Virus record (IMG/VR): IMGVR_UViG_3300035107_000641
Coordinates: 1 to 59,488 of that record
DNA length: 59,488 bases
Direction: 5' to 3' (one strand)
Source of the DNA: a virus
Lineage: Duplodnaviria; Caudoviricetes
A program made the position numbers and the translations under genes. This document shows positions 36,709 through 46,960 of the stretch, in pieces (position 1 is the stretch's first letter; each line of letters begins with the position of its first letter). Below the pieces are notes generated by a model. The model ran no database searches. It was not told where the DNA came from and was given only the letters and a program-made list of their open reading frames with translations.

Positions 36709-37356
36709 TTATTCGATAAGTGCGCGCGCAGCTGCTCGCCCGGTCCCGAGCGCGGACAGAATCGCGGAACGATCTGCGCCAGTCGCATCGAGGTGTGCGT
36801 CGATCGCTGCGAAAATCTCGTCCTCGAAAGCAGCGTCGATCGCTGCGGTGCCGGTTTGCCCACCCGCTGTCGGCTGTGCCTCAGCCCAGGTGGTGAGCGC
36901 TTGTGTTGCCACGAGTTCGGTGGCCTCTGCCGCGTCCTGCTCGTCGAAGTCTTCGACAGGCACGAGGCCAAACTCACTGAGCGCCCACGCCTGCATCGCG
37001 CCCTCGAGCGCTGGCGACCACTCGCCCGCAACGATCCGGGTGATGACGCCCCAGGCCGCGACCATGTCACCCGCGCGCGTGATGGTCTGGTGGGTGCCAA
37101 ACTCGGAGAGGTCCTCGGTGTCTGTGAGGTCGGAGTACTCCGCTGCCACTCGGACGGAGCCAGGGAGCAGCGGCGCGATCACGGGCCTGGCGCTCGTCGA
37201 GAGCGCCCAGTGCGTGACCGGGCCAGCGGCGCTTTGCCCGTATGGCGCGAGGAAGCGACCAGCGGTCGCGTACACCCCGAGCCGGATCCCTGCGTTGGCG
37301 CGCTCGCGCCTGCCAAGCTCGATGAGCCCGCCGAGTCTGTACGTCCAGTCTGTCAT
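36709..37356 (-). CDS. Tail-region hypothetical protein
   Basis: Coupled ORF at the end of the tail module. Confidence 0.55.
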   Translation of the reverse strand: MTDWTYRLGGLIELGRRERANAGIRLGVYATAGRFLAPYGQSAAGPVTHWALSTSARPVIAPLLPGSVRVAAEYSDLTDTEDLSEFGTHQTITRAGDMVAAWGVITRIVAGEWSPALEGAMQAWALSEFGLVPVEDFDEQDAAEATELVATQALTTWAEAQPTAGGQTGTAAIDAAFEDEIFAAIDAHLDATGADRSAILSALGTGRAAARALIE

Positions 37357-38168
37357 TCCACCACCGCCGTGAGGCCGGTCTGTGCTTCCAGCCATTCTTC
37401 GAGTTGTGTGATTTCTTCAGGGGTGATCGTGTCATCGGCCACGATCTGACCGACGAGGTAGCCGGAGGACCTGTTTGACCCGGACCACGATCGGCCCATC
37501 GTGTCGAAGGGGCCTTCGTGGCTTCCCGCCGCGAGCGCGTGCGGCTCGATGTCGAGCTCGACGCCTGCGCCATACTGACGAGCCTCACCTGAGACGAAGT
37601 CGCCGCGACCCACGGCGCCGCTCACGTCGGTGTACCCGGCGCCCGAGCCGAGCAGTGACCTGACCTCGACCCCGCCGCGCGTGATGCGATGGCTATGCGA
37701 GCCTCCCTCGATGCGGTACCAGTAGCCCTTGTTGTTGACGTCGTTGCCGCCGTTGTGGTCGTAGAGCATGCCTCCGTTTTGCCCGAGCGTGACGCACCAA
37801 AGGTGGTAGTAGCCAAGCGTCAGCGCAGCGCTGTACACGTCATCGCCGTCGAAATATGCCGCGGGCAAATCGCCGAGGATCTCCTCACGATAGAGCGCGC
37901 GCTCGGACGTGATGATCTGGCGCACCTCCTGACCCGCCTTCCACTCGGTCAGGTACTCGAGCGGCTCGTTGTCGAGGATGCCCTCGTTCTGCGCGTACGC
38001 GCGCGCGCTCGATGGCGCGCTGGCTGGTGTGGCCTCCCAGGGGAGCCAGTACATCAGCAGCACGCTCTCGAGAGAGAGCGGCGTCCACGCCTCCTCGACG
38101 GAGCCACGGTGATCGCGAAACCCTCCCCGCAGGCCGCGCTTGAACTCTGGGCGGCGAAACGACCTCAT
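37353..38168 (-). CDS. Tail fiber-associated protein, LamG/ConA-like
   Basis: LPAAYFDGDD and C-terminal EEITQLEEWL pattern. Confidence 0.5.
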   Translation of the reverse strand: MRSFRRPEFKRGLRGGFRDHRGSVEEAWTPLSLESVLLMYWLPWEATPASAPSSARAYAQNEGILDNEPLEYLTEWKAGQEVRQIITSERALYREEILGDLPAAYFDGDDVYSAALTLGYYHLWCVTLGQNGGMLYDHNGGNDVNNKGYWYRIEGGSHSHRITRGGVEVRSLLGSGAGYTDVSGAVGRGDFVSGEARQYGAGVELDIEPHALAAGSHEGPFDTMGRSWSGSNRSSGYLVGQIVADDTITPEEITQLEEWLEAQTGLTAVVE

Positions 38169-38494
38169 CCGTTGCCAACCCTCGTGAGTAACACGATCAC
38201 GGTGACGGACGCGCCAGTTGCGGCGCGGCGAAGGTAGAGCGGGAGCGTGCGCACGTACGTGCCCGCCGTGTAGAGGTCGGGGTCGCCCGCAGACGCTGGG
38301 ATCGTGCGGTAGTTTGTATCCGAGGCGCTATCGGTGCTTTGCAGGAGCACGTCAGCGCTTCGGCCTGGCTCGAGCTCGACGAGCCATTTACTGCGCTTGT
38401 GCGTGGTCTCGGGCACCTCGATGCGCTTGACGGGGTCGCCATCGGTCATCGTGATGCTAAGACGCACGGGCGCCTGTCCGCTGGATGTCGTCAT
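38165..38494 (-). CDS. Tail-region hypothetical protein
   Basis: 109 aa beta-rich ORF with AAGGAG SD. Confidence 0.55.
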   Translation of the reverse strand: MTTSSGQAPVRLSITMTDGDPVKRIEVPETTHKRSKWLVELEPGRSADVLLQSTDSASDTNYRTIPASAGDPDLYTAGTYVRTLPLYLRRAATGASVTVIVLLTRVGNG

Positions 38495-38506
38495 CGTCTT
38501 CTCTCC

Positions 38507-39373
38507 TTAAGGGGTCGTGCCCTTGTTCCAGAGCGCGACCATCCTGGTGTTGCTGCTCGCGTCGTTGAGCCTGAGCCAGCCCTGATTGCTGGCCGTCGAT
38601 GGGGGTACACCGAGCGGCGCGGCGTCAGCGCCTCCGTCCACGCGGATGTAGTTGAGCTCGCCGACCGAGGGGTCACTGGTGGAAGAGGGTGACCCCGAAT
38701 CTCCAGCGAGGATGTCGATCGCAGCGAATCGCCGGTTGCCTGACGTGTCCGAGACGTTGGCGGGGCTTGTAAACGTGAAAGGAAGCCAGACGTCCTCACC
38801 CATGCGAATCACGCAGTGGCTGTTCGCAGAGTTTACGCATCCCCAATCGCCCACGCCGCTCCCTGGCGCCTCGTTCGGGAGGTAGGCAAGGATCCCCCAG
38901 CCATCGATGAAGACCTCCTCATCGCTCGCCAGGTCCATCACGCCGATGCGTCCTACGTGCGAGCAGTAGCGCTGGAACGCATCGCCGGTGTCCTTGACGT
39001 AGAACAGGACGGCGTCACCGTATTGCGCGAACCCGCACGCGGTCGAAATCCCTGTGGGGGAGGCGGGGATGAAGACGAGCTCGGGGGAGGCGTTTGTCGG
39101 CGAGCCTGGCGCCGACGAGTCCGCGATGGTGCCGTCCGGGTCGATCATGACGAGGATCGCGCCGCCGCTGATGCGAAAGTTCACCTGGCGCCCGGAAGAG
39201 TGCGTGGCGGTGAAAGACGTCACCGCGGAGGGGCCTCCCACCACGCTGGAGAGCGTGAAGCCGCCGACTTGCGTGGAGAAGAAGTCGTAGAGGCGCTGCA
39301 TCAAGTCGTTGATGGTCGTGCCCGCTGCTGCCCCGGACAGCGCGTTTGGGATCGTTGGGTTGGATACCGCCAT
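38507..39373 (-). CDS. Virion structural/tail fiber protein
   Basis: S/T/G-rich, beta-rich, located in tail module. Confidence 0.55.
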   Translation of the reverse strand: MAVSNPTIPNALSGAAAGTTINDLMQRLYDFFSTQVGGFTLSSVVGGPSAVTSFTATHSSGRQVNFRISGGAILVMIDPDGTIADSSAPGSPTNASPELVFIPASPTGISTACGFAQYGDAVLFYVKDTGDAFQRYCSHVGRIGVMDLASDEEVFIDGWGILAYLPNEAPGSGVGDWGCVNSANSHCVIRMGEDVWLPFTFTSPANVSDTSGNRRFAAIDILAGDSGSPSSTSDPSVGELNYIRVDGGADAAPLGVPPSTASNQGWLRLNDASSNTRMVALWNKGTTP

Positions 39374-39386
39374 GGGTCATGCCTCT

Positions 39387-39578
39387 CTAGTAGTCGTCCG
39401 CGATCGAGATCGCGTTGTCAGGTGCACCGTCCCAGACCCGGATCTCGTACTCCGGTGAGAATGGTGGCTCGAGCTCCATGGTGGTGTAGTCGTCCGCGAT
39501 CACGATGCGCTGATCGGGGACGACCTCTTCAACCTTTGGCGCGCGCCTTGGCGCGATGCGTCGCGAGGAGAGCTTCAT
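39387..39578 (-). CDS. Small hypothetical protein
   Basis: ATGA coupling. Confidence 0.5.
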   Translation of the reverse strand: MKLSSRRIAPRRAPKVEEVVPDQRIVIADDYTTMELEPPFSPEYEIRVWDGAPDNAISIADDY

Positions 39579-40306
39579 GTCTCCACCTCCAGCACACCCA
39601 CGCCATAGACCTCATAGACGCGCCCGTCTGTCGCGGTGAGTTCCAGGTAGCCTCGCTTCGCGCCCGAGACCACGTAGCGATCGAACTGGCTGAGCGTAAG
39701 GTCCTCGAACGCTTCTCCTGGCACGATCCCCCACCCCCACGACCACTCGACCCACAGCCTGTAGGACACCGTCGTCGCGTCCCGTTCGTAGGTCACAGCC
39801 CCCGAGCCACCACCTGTCACCGTGCCCGCGCCCGTCCAGGCCGAGTCGATCCCCCCGAGCAGGTCGAGGCGCACCGCCGAGATGTCGTTGTTCTCGTCGT
39901 ACTCGTAGACTTTCTGAGGCTCGACCTTGGTCGATGGAGTGCCCGCCTCATTGCTCCCGATGGCAGCAACAAGGGCGTCGATTACGTCCTCGATGGTGTC
40001 GCCAGGATCAGGCGTGACGTCGTAGTTGCTCCCGTTGAGCGTGACGCGGTAGGTCGTCGCCTCGTCGAGCGTGGTGATATAAAACGACCCGTCCGAGTGG
40101 CGCGGCTTCTTCGAGAGCCGCACGCCAGCGATCATGAGGATCGGCTTGCTATCGAGGCCATCCTCGAGGCTCACCCCCTCGCCATCGTCGCCCGTCTGGT
40201 AGGGCGCACCGTTGACGGCGAGGCGCTTGACCAGAAACGCTTCGAGCTCGCGCCCGAGCGAGAGCATTTGCCCCTCGCGGATTTTGGAGATGCTCGGCGT
40301 GGTCAT
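39575..40306 (-). CDS. Virion structural protein
   Basis: MTTPSISK...; contains the insertion-like unit also seen in sheath and decoration proteins. Confidence 0.6.
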   Translation of the reverse strand: MTTPSISKIREGQMLSLGRELEAFLVKRLAVNGAPYQTGDDGEGVSLEDGLDSKPILMIAGVRLSKKPRHSDGSFYITTLDEATTYRVTLNGSNYDVTPDPGDTIEDVIDALVAAIGSNEAGTPSTKVEPQKVYEYDENNDISAVRLDLLGGIDSAWTGAGTVTGGGSGAVTYERDATTVSYRLWVEWSWGWGIVPGEAFEDLTLSQFDRYVVSGAKRGYLELTATDGRVYEVYGVGVLEVET

Positions 40307-41631
40307 CGATCCCTCGTCATCAAGAGGCCAAACTTCTGCCCGCGCGCGCTGGCGGGAATCTTCGTCAGCAGCTGCACGCGGTGCGTGGTGTAGAGCCGTC
40401 GGATCTGCGGGTTGCCCGCAGAGGTCGTGTCCGACCACAGGTGTAAGCCGTCGCTAAACAGCTCGCCAAAGGCCGTGTTCGTCGAGGGGTAGTTGCCCGT
40501 GCGCTGCCAGGCGAGCGAGAGATCATCCACCCGGTAGGCGTAGAGCTCGATCGTCGCGGCTGCGCCGCCGCCATCTCCGACGAGCACATAGACGTACTCA
40601 TCATCGACGGCGAACATGTAGTCGGTCTTTGTGCCATCGACCGTGATGGAGGCGAACTCGGCGCCACCCCGATTGTAAAAGCCCGCGAGCACCAAGCCCG
40701 AAGAGGGGGAGGGGTTGTAGACGACGAAGATCTTCCCGTTCGAGACAAGCAGGTTGCGTACGTTGTAGGTGGCGGTCGAATGCGCGCACGTCGCGAGCAG
40801 CGTGGTCCCTGTCTCGTCATAGACAAAGACCTCCTCGTTCAGACCATCACCCACATAGACGTGCTGCTCGTCGATATCGAACCCGGTGGGGCTGTCGGTC
40901 GTCCCATAGGAGAGCAGTTCGAGATCTGTGGAGGTGCCATCAGCGAGTGCGATGCGCGTGACGTCGTGCGTGTCGGTCGCGTTCGCCGTGCGCGCGACCC
41001 AGGCGTAGGTGTGCCCCACGCGCACGCGTCGAATCAAGGCGCTGGCCGCCGTCGAAGAGATGGTGACGGTCGAGACCTCCGACCCGTCCGAGAGGTCGAT
41101 CAGCGTGACCTTCCCCTCGTCCGCCCCCGAGTCCGTGCCCGCGATGACGAGGTAGCCGCCGTTGGTGCCGAGGCGCTCGATCGTGCCCGCGCCCCAGCCA
41201 GGGTCATAGGTGATGCCCGTGTCGCTGCCATCGAGCAGGTCCCACTTCTTCACCTCGAACCCGTTGATCGCGTAGTAGTAGCGCCCGTCTGTGCACGCGC
41301 CCGAGACCTGCGAGCTCACGCCGAGGTTGATCGAGTTTGGGGAGGCTGCGACCTGGAGCCCGGCGCGAGCGCCGCTCGTTTTCTCCACCACGCGCACCGT
41401 CTGCCAGTCCTGCGCGCCAGCGATCGCGTTCGCCACCGAGGTGTGTTCTACCATCAGCGTTTCGTAAAACGCGCGCACCCAAAGACCAAGGAGGTTAAAC
41501 AGGTAGTTCAACCATCCATTGGGGACTTTTTCTCGATCTCGCAGGCCAAGTTCCTTCTTGGCTTGTGCTGGCTCTACAAGATCAGCAGCGCCATCGGTTC
41601 CCCAGTCCGCAAAGTCGTCGGGATAAGACAT
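40303..41631 (-). CDS. Tail fiber/receptor-binding protein with beta-propeller-like repeats
   Basis: N-terminal EP...KKELG...P..WLNYLFN fiber anchor motif; repeated D..YVY beta units. Confidence 0.7.
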   Translation of the reverse strand: MSYPDDFADWGTDGAADLVEPAQAKKELGLRDREKVPNGWLNYLFNLLGLWVRAFYETLMVEHTSVANAIAGAQDWQTVRVVEKTSGARAGLQVAASPNSINLGVSSQVSGACTDGRYYYAINGFEVKKWDLLDGSDTGITYDPGWGAGTIERLGTNGGYLVIAGTDSGADEGKVTLIDLSDGSEVSTVTISSTAASALIRRVRVGHTYAWVARTANATDTHDVTRIALADGTSTDLELLSYGTTDSPTGFDIDEQHVYVGDGLNEEVFVYDETGTTLLATCAHSTATYNVRNLLVSNGKIFVVYNPSPSSGLVLAGFYNRGGAEFASITVDGTKTDYMFAVDDEYVYVLVGDGGGAAATIELYAYRVDDLSLAWQRTGNYPSTNTAFGELFSDGLHLWSDTTSAGNPQIRRLYTTHRVQLLTKIPASARGQKFGLLMTRDR

Positions 41632-41640
41632 CTGAGCCTC

Positions 41641-42213
41641 TCAATAAACAGTAGACAGCGCGCCATCGTCGAACCCTTCAGCGTCCGGGTCTTCGATAAA
41701 GCCGAGGTAGTTTGGCGGTGCTTCGATCAGTTGAATGTTTGTGCCTGGTGGCGTGCTCGCTTTGACAATGGCTTTGAGTTGAGTTCGAAGCGCCAGCGGC
41801 CTCGCCTCTCCCTCGACGACATAGGTGATGATCACGGCTCGTCTCAGGCTTTCGAACTCGAGGTATCCTATTGGTACTCGGGTCCCTGCTGAGACGATTT
41901 CGAGGAGCCGATCGATGTGGCCACTCCCAGACATCGAAAGCGCGGCGGCCTTGAGCAAAGCTCGATAATCGAGATCACCAAGCCCCTGGCGCTCAGGCCC
42001 GAGCGTGCGTCCAGCGCTATCGAGCTGCGCACCGCTCGCGCCGTCCAGCGCGCGCGAGACCCAGACATCGAAGAGAGCGTCCTCGAGCTCTTGTACCTCG
42101 TTGTTCAGCACACGCGTGAGCGCGAGCAGATTGGGCTCCTCACGTTGCCATCCAGGCAAGCTCTCGATGGCTTGCTCGGAGTGGTCCGGGATATGTCCGT
42201 AATCGGGGCTCAT
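41641..42213 (-). CDS. Baseplate wedge protein (DUF2612/gp48-like)
   Basis: LDGASGAQLD..GR..G..R.GL.D.DYR motif following baseplate J. Confidence 0.8.
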   Translation of the reverse strand: MSPDYGHIPDHSEQAIESLPGWQREEPNLLALTRVLNNEVQELEDALFDVWVSRALDGASGAQLDSAGRTLGPERQGLGDLDYRALLKAAALSMSGSGHIDRLLEIVSAGTRVPIGYLEFESLRRAVIITYVVEGEARPLALRTQLKAIVKASTPPGTNIQLIEAPPNYLGFIEDPDAEGFDDGALSTVY

Positions 42214-43409
42214 GATGTCACCACGCTTTTCGTGACGCGCGAGAGATCAAAGCGTGCGATCTGATTGGCCGTGATCGCAAAGTCCGACGCGGAGGGCGTG
42301 GGGGTGGGGGTAGTCGAGAAGAAAGCTGCGACATTGTTCACCCCACGCACCTCGTCTCCAACCGCCTCGAGGCGAAAGCCCACGACGTCTTGCGAGACTT
42401 CGAGCAGGTTGCCCCGCGACACGACGAGCTCGGCGATCTGGTCTCCGGCGTTCGTGGGTGCGTCTGGTCCCACGAGGATGATCAGGTGGACATACAACTC
42501 CACCGCCTCGACCCATGACCACTTCACCGAGTGTTCGCGTCCGTTGGCAGCGATGACGAGTTTCTCGACGTCGCCAGCGTAGGGACTTCCTCCTGGCTCT
42601 TCGCGGTAGAGGATTTCGGCGATCGCGGCGAGCTCATCCGGGTCAGTGAGTTCGGGATAGATCTGGACGGCGAGTTCACCAGGTTGGAGCAACGCGCCCG
42701 TTGTCGGGTTCGTCCAAACGTCGCTCTCTCGGTTGCCTCTGTTGTTCACAGCTGCCGCGTATTGGATCAACGGGTTGGCGAGCAAAGACGCTTCGATCGA
42801 GTCCTCGAGACGATGCCCGAGCGCACGCCTTGTTGCTTCGAAGCGTTGGCGGTATGCCGCGTCGTCTTCGACGTCGGTGCCAGGCGTGGCGGCGCTTGCG
42901 TTGGTGACGCTGATGTGCCCTGGGACAAAGCCAGCGAGCGCATCGATCTTCCCTGCGCCGACCTGGATGGGGCCTGTATCGAGAGTGATCAGCGGGATGC
43001 TCGCCGTCCCCGAGACGCCGACGGTGACGGACTCGGTGGAGATCAAGTCCACGCCGAGCTCGCTCGCGCGAAAGCTCGAGCCCTGGGGATAGGTCGTCCC
43101 GTCTTCTGCCGTGACCGTGACTGTCGATGGCGTGGCGACGAGGCGACCCCCGATGTAGGGGTAGAAGAGGTTCTCGAGAGACTTCCCGACCGCTGCTTGT
43201 GCGTCGTTTGATTTGGAGACGCCCTCGGCGGCTTGCCACGCGAGGTCGAGCTGCGCGGCGAAGGGGTCGATCAGCTTGCTGAACGCGCTCCGTGGTTCGA
43301 GGTCGAGGTCCTCGCCAAAGGCCGCGCGCATCCCACCACGGAGATCCTCTCGGATGTCCTCGAGACGCTTACGGCGAAAACCATTGAGGGTGAGACCGTA
43401 GGCTGGCAT
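42210..43409 (-). CDS. Baseplate J/gp47-like protein
   Basis: YGLT..GFRRKRL, VTN...ATPGTDVEDDAAYRQR. Confidence 0.85.
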   Translation of the reverse strand: MPAYGLTLNGFRRKRLEDIREDLRGGMRAAFGEDLDLEPRSAFSKLIDPFAAQLDLAWQAAEGVSKSNDAQAAVGKSLENLFYPYIGGRLVATPSTVTVTAEDGTTYPQGSSFRASELGVDLISTESVTVGVSGTASIPLITLDTGPIQVGAGKIDALAGFVPGHISVTNASAATPGTDVEDDAAYRQRFEATRRALGHRLEDSIEASLLANPLIQYAAAVNNRGNRESDVWTNPTTGALLQPGELAVQIYPELTDPDELAAIAEILYREEPGGSPYAGDVEKLVIAANGREHSVKWSWVEAVELYVHLIILVGPDAPTNAGDQIAELVVSRGNLLEVSQDVVGFRLEAVGDEVRGVNNVAAFFSTTPTPTPSASDFAITANQIARFDLSRVTKSVVTS

Positions 43410-43825
43410 CAGACACCTCCGAGCGGATCGAGCAGAAGCATGAACTCTCCGTCGTCGAGCCCGAGCGTCGCGCCGATCGCGGACTCCTCGGTCTCACCCG
43501 TGGCTGGGTCAGTGAAGACAAAGGCGTGCGCGATCGACAGCGTGCGCTCCACGAGCTCGCCGCGCACCGCGCGCACGTTGCTCACGCCAGGCAAGCCCGC
43601 GAGCTTCGAGCCGAAGAGGACGGTGAGCGCTGAGATGTCGGGGGACTTGATGAGGACCTGGCCAAACCAGTCGATGCCATGCGTGACATCGAACTTCCAC
43701 TCCCCGAGCACGGCCATCACCTCCTCGCGGTACTGCTGACGCACGAGGTCAAGGCCAGTGACCAATACAAGATCACCAGCCTCGATTTTAATGTCGCCTG
43801 TCTCGGTGAGCGCGAGGTCTCGCAA
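43409..43825 (-). CDS. Baseplate gp25/gp46-like protein
   Basis: DLAL..TGD...GDLVLV.G...GEWKFD...GIDW. Confidence 0.75.
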   Translation of the reverse strand: MRDLALTETGDIKIEAGDLVLVTGLDLVRQQYREEVMAVLGEWKFDVTHGIDWFGQVLIKSPDISALTVLFGSKLAGLPGVSNVRAVRGELVERTLSIAHAFVFTDPATGETEESAIGATLGLDDGEFMLLLDPLGGV

Positions 43826-43965
43826 GGTGCATGCTGCGCGCCTCCTGGCGCGCGCTGGGGGTCCAGGTTCGTCCTAGATAGTGCCCCCACGCTGAACAAA
43901 CGTCAAGTTCCGCACGTCGAAGGCTTTTGGTAGGGTGTCGCAGATAGTAAGCGGAAGGAGGAGTC

Positions 43966-44556
43966 ATGCGCGCGTGGTGGAAAAGGTGGGTGCTCGTAGG
44001 GATATTGCTGGTGGGTTGTGGGGATCCTGAGCCTGCGACGAATTCGAACGAGGGCGACATGGGGTCGGAGGAGTCATGCACCATCGGCACCAAACGAACA
44101 GGGTGCACCTGTGACCAGGGAACCATCGGTTACAACACATGTACTGACCAAGGGTGGGGATCTGCCTGCTTTTGCCACGCGTGCAGTCCTGGCGAGAAGA
44201 AGGAAGAGTGCACGTGTGAAACGACGTCAGGGCACCCGGCTGGGTATCAGGTGTGCACCGATGATTATGAATGGGGTGAGGAGTGCCTGTGCGTTGGTGA
44301 TCAGCCTGTCGGTACACCTTGCGATGACAAGCTCGAATGCACGTCGAACTCCACCGTTCAACCTGACGGAAGTTGCCGTGATGACAACACCTCGTCTGCA
44401 TGTGATGACCAGGTGAATTTGGACTGTGCGACCACTTCTTGCTCGGAAGATGATGGCTGCACATTCCACCCCAAAAGGGAGGGGCTCAGTTGCAATGAAA
44501 GCGACCCTTCGACCATCGGTTGGACATGTTCAGCTGGTGAATGCGTCGCGCCTTAG
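43966..44556 (+). CDS. Cys-rich lipoprotein moron
   Basis: Lipobox LVGC; repeated C..G....C.C...G...C....W..C.C units; AGGAGG SD; opposite strand. Confidence 0.8.
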   Translation: MRAWWKRWVLVGILLVGCGDPEPATNSNEGDMGSEESCTIGTKRTGCTCDQGTIGYNTCTDQGWGSACFCHACSPGEKKEECTCETTSGHPAGYQVCTDDYEWGEECLCVGDQPVGTPCDDKLECTSNSTVQPDGSCRDDNTSSACDDQVNLDCATTSCSEDDGCTFHPKREGLSCNESDPSTIGWTCSAGECVAP

Positions 44557-45155
44557 AACGGGTGGGTGACGCTGAACCTTACCCATTTGTCTGTGTCGAC
44601 ACACATGTACAAGAGATCGTTGGGTTCATCGAAGAACATTTGCCCCTTTTGTCCTGTATCGCTCGAGTCTGAAGGAGCTGCTCCGACGAACTTCGCGGCG
44701 AGCACATGATCGACGATGGCGCCAGCGATGGCCTGGTGGATCTCCTCGGTCTCGGTGGCGCTCGCGGTGTCTTCCACATCAGGCTCGTGAGTCGTCGACA
44801 ACCCCGCCCCCACCACCACAGCAAAGTTGACGGAGATGGAGACGCCGGTCAGCGTGAGTTCGCCGCTTCCATCGTGGGAGAGCTCGAGCAACCCGGCTGT
44901 GGTCTCGTTTGCCTCGAGCGCCGCGAGGAGGACCTCGCCCACCTCGGCTGAGGTGTCATCGTCCTCTCCAGAGACAGCCTCGAGGTCCACGCTCCACAGA
45001 TCCCCTGGATCCTTGACGGTGATCTCATAGGTCGTTGTGGGGGAGGGGGAGGTGACCTGGATGCTCCAGGAGGTCTTCTTTGTCGAGATCTTGCCAGCGG
45101 CCTCGAGCGCCGCGACGATCTCGGTGCCGAGCGCGTCACCATCGAGCGTGGACAT
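44553..45155 (-). CDS. Baseplate/tail structural protein
   Basis: Follows spike gene; C-terminal AP..SSDTG..G...LYMCV....W fiber-type motif. Confidence 0.6.
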   Translation of the reverse strand: MSTLDGDALGTEIVAALEAAGKISTKKTSWSIQVTSPSPTTTYEITVKDPGDLWSVDLEAVSGEDDDTSAEVGEVLLAALEANETTAGLLELSHDGSGELTLTGVSISVNFAVVVGAGLSTTHEPDVEDTASATETEEIHQAIAGAIVDHVLAAKFVGAAPSDSSDTGQKGQMFFDEPNDLLYMCVDTDKWVRFSVTHPF

Positions 45156-45163
45156 GCCTTACC

Positions 45164-45940
45164 TCACTTCTTGAGCAGCGCGACCTTTGCCTTGATCGCG
45201 AGCAGTTGTGTTTGAATCGTGGCGAGCTGCGCCGCGATGGAGAGCGGTTGGGAACCGATGGCCGTGGGAGTCGTCGCGGTGGAGAGCTGGAGCGCGAGCG
45301 AGGCGGCCTGGCCAATGTCACTGCTCACCTGGTCAAGAAGCTCGATGGCGCCGTTGCCGATCGCGAGCTTGCTCCCCTCGAACTCGATGCGCGCTCCCTT
45401 GACCCCGAGTCCGAGGAACGCACCAAACTCCACGCTCCCTGCGCCATAGAACGAGATGTCTCCGTCCGGTGTGAAGGCCGCGGCGAGCTTCCCGTCGACG
45501 GTGCCAAAGGTGAAGTCGTCCCCGCTGCGCGTATCGTCCGGGGCGAGCGACCCCGTCAGCGCCACAGGCCCCAGTATCACCCCGTCGTTGACGTCGAACG
45601 CGCGCTTCTTGGCGGGCGTCTTCGTCTCGCCCGAGTCAAACCACCCGCTCGTGTCCCGGTCCATGAAGCCCACGATCACGGCGTCGCCGACCTTGAACGG
45701 CGCGTGCGCGTAGAAGGGGCCGATCATCCAGCGCCAGGCGGGGACGTTCGTGCACACGCCAGGCTCGATCAACTCGTCATTCCCCTTGCGCCGGCGCACC
45801 TGGAGTTGCACCGAGGCCCTCACGGTCTGCGGGTCGTATGAGGTGACCTTCCCGACCTCGATCGTGTAGAGCGCGGCGAGGCGCGAGTCGACCATGCGGA
45901 GCAGGATCTGGAGGTCTTCTTGTGTCAGGGATGTGGGCAT
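45164..45940 (-). CDS. Baseplate central spike (Gp138/gpV-like)
   Basis: GKVTSYD...ASVQ, P.KVGD.V.V.FMDRD...W, R.FD.NDG. Confidence 0.8.
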   Translation of the reverse strand: MPTSLTQEDLQILLRMVDSRLAALYTIEVGKVTSYDPQTVRASVQLQVRRRKGNDELIEPGVCTNVPAWRWMIGPFYAHAPFKVGDAVIVGFMDRDTSGWFDSGETKTPAKKRAFDVNDGVILGPVALTGSLAPDDTRSGDDFTFGTVDGKLAAAFTPDGDISFYGAGSVEFGAFLGLGVKGARIEFEGSKLAIGNGAIELLDQVSSDIGQAASLALQLSTATTPTAIGSQPLSIAAQLATIQTQLLAIKAKVALLKK

Positions 45941-46019
45941 TTTTCTCACAACGATGGAGTTGTTTAAACCTACCAACCCATGGGCACGCCAGCAACAAAC
46001 ACTAAACGCAAGATCAGTT

Positions 46020-46048
46020 TTGGCACCATTTAGGTGCCAATTTTGGCA
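46020..46048. promoter_or_regulatory. Candidate operator of cassette 1
   Basis: TTGGCACC-N5-GGTGCCAA inverted repeat plus an additional TTGGCA half-site. Confidence 0.4.
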
Positions 46049-46432
46049 TTGACGGCGTTATTGTTCGTGCGTAGAGTTGTAAGTGGAAGGCAGACGAACA
46101 TCAATGACGTGACCGAGCCTTCCCACCAAACGATCCCTGTTCTCCATCCACATAAATTCTCACCCGGCAAGATGTCGGTGAGGTGGAGCCCACTCCGCGG
46201 ATCGAACGGTGTCACGCCAGAAATGGCGGCAACTGAAAAAGAAGACGTTTTAGCTTCTGAACCAATTATCGCAAGCCCTTGGAGTACAGAGGGGCAACTG
46301 CTTGGCGGATGTTGGCGACAGGAGCGGAGAGAAACCAGATGGAAGATACCCATTTGGACTGTCCGCTTGTCGTGAACTTCCGTGGGATGAATCCCGCGAC
46401 ACGCGCGGACGCATCCCACGAGGAGTTGAACG

Positions 46433-46741
46433 ATGAGCGAGCAGGACAACACACAGCTTGAGCCCTACAACCCATCAGACGCTTGCCCTGTCTACAGCGG
46501 GGTCATCGACGCGCAAACATCACACGAACTCGCCAAAGGCGGCGGCGTGGTCAAGGTCTTGCACCTGATCTCGCGTAGTCCTGGTGCACCCATTCTTTGG
46601 GTGTGTGTGGTGATTGTTGTGATGGTGTTCGCCAAGGTTCTCACGACTTACTACTTCACGTGGTTGGTCGTAATCGGGGCGTGGGGCGCCTGGTGCCAGA
46701 GGGCCAACAGGAAGGTTGGCACACATGGCAACGAACAATGA
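46433..46741 (+). CDS. Two-TM membrane protein (cassette 1)
   Basis: Hydrophobic C-terminal half; GAGGAG SD. Confidence 0.6.
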   Translation: MSEQDNTQLEPYNPSDACPVYSGVIDAQTSHELAKGGGVVKVLHLISRSPGAPILWVCVVIVVMVFAKVLTTYYFTWLVVIGAWGAWCQRANRKVGTHGNEQ

Positions 46742-46949
46742 AACGGTCAGACTGAACCTTCGCATCACGCCAGATGTGAAGACGCGGCTCGAGGAGCTCA
46801 AGGACGAAACCAACTCGGCCAATCTGGCCGAGGTGGTTCGTCGCGCCTTGACGCTTTACGACGCGATGTACAGTGAAAGCAAAGACGGGAGCAAAGTCAT
46901 CCTGCGAGATTCCGAAGGGAAGGACAGGGAGGTGATGCTCATTTTTTAA
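46725..46949 (+). CDS. Ribbon-helix-helix (CopG-like) protein (cassette 1)
   Basis: TVRLNLRITPDVKTRLEELK....NLAEVVRRAL. Confidence 0.8.
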   Translation: MATNNETVRLNLRITPDVKTRLEELKDETNSANLAEVVRRALTLYDAMYSESKDGSKVILRDSEGKDREVMLIF

Positions 46950-46960
46950 ACGGAGATACC

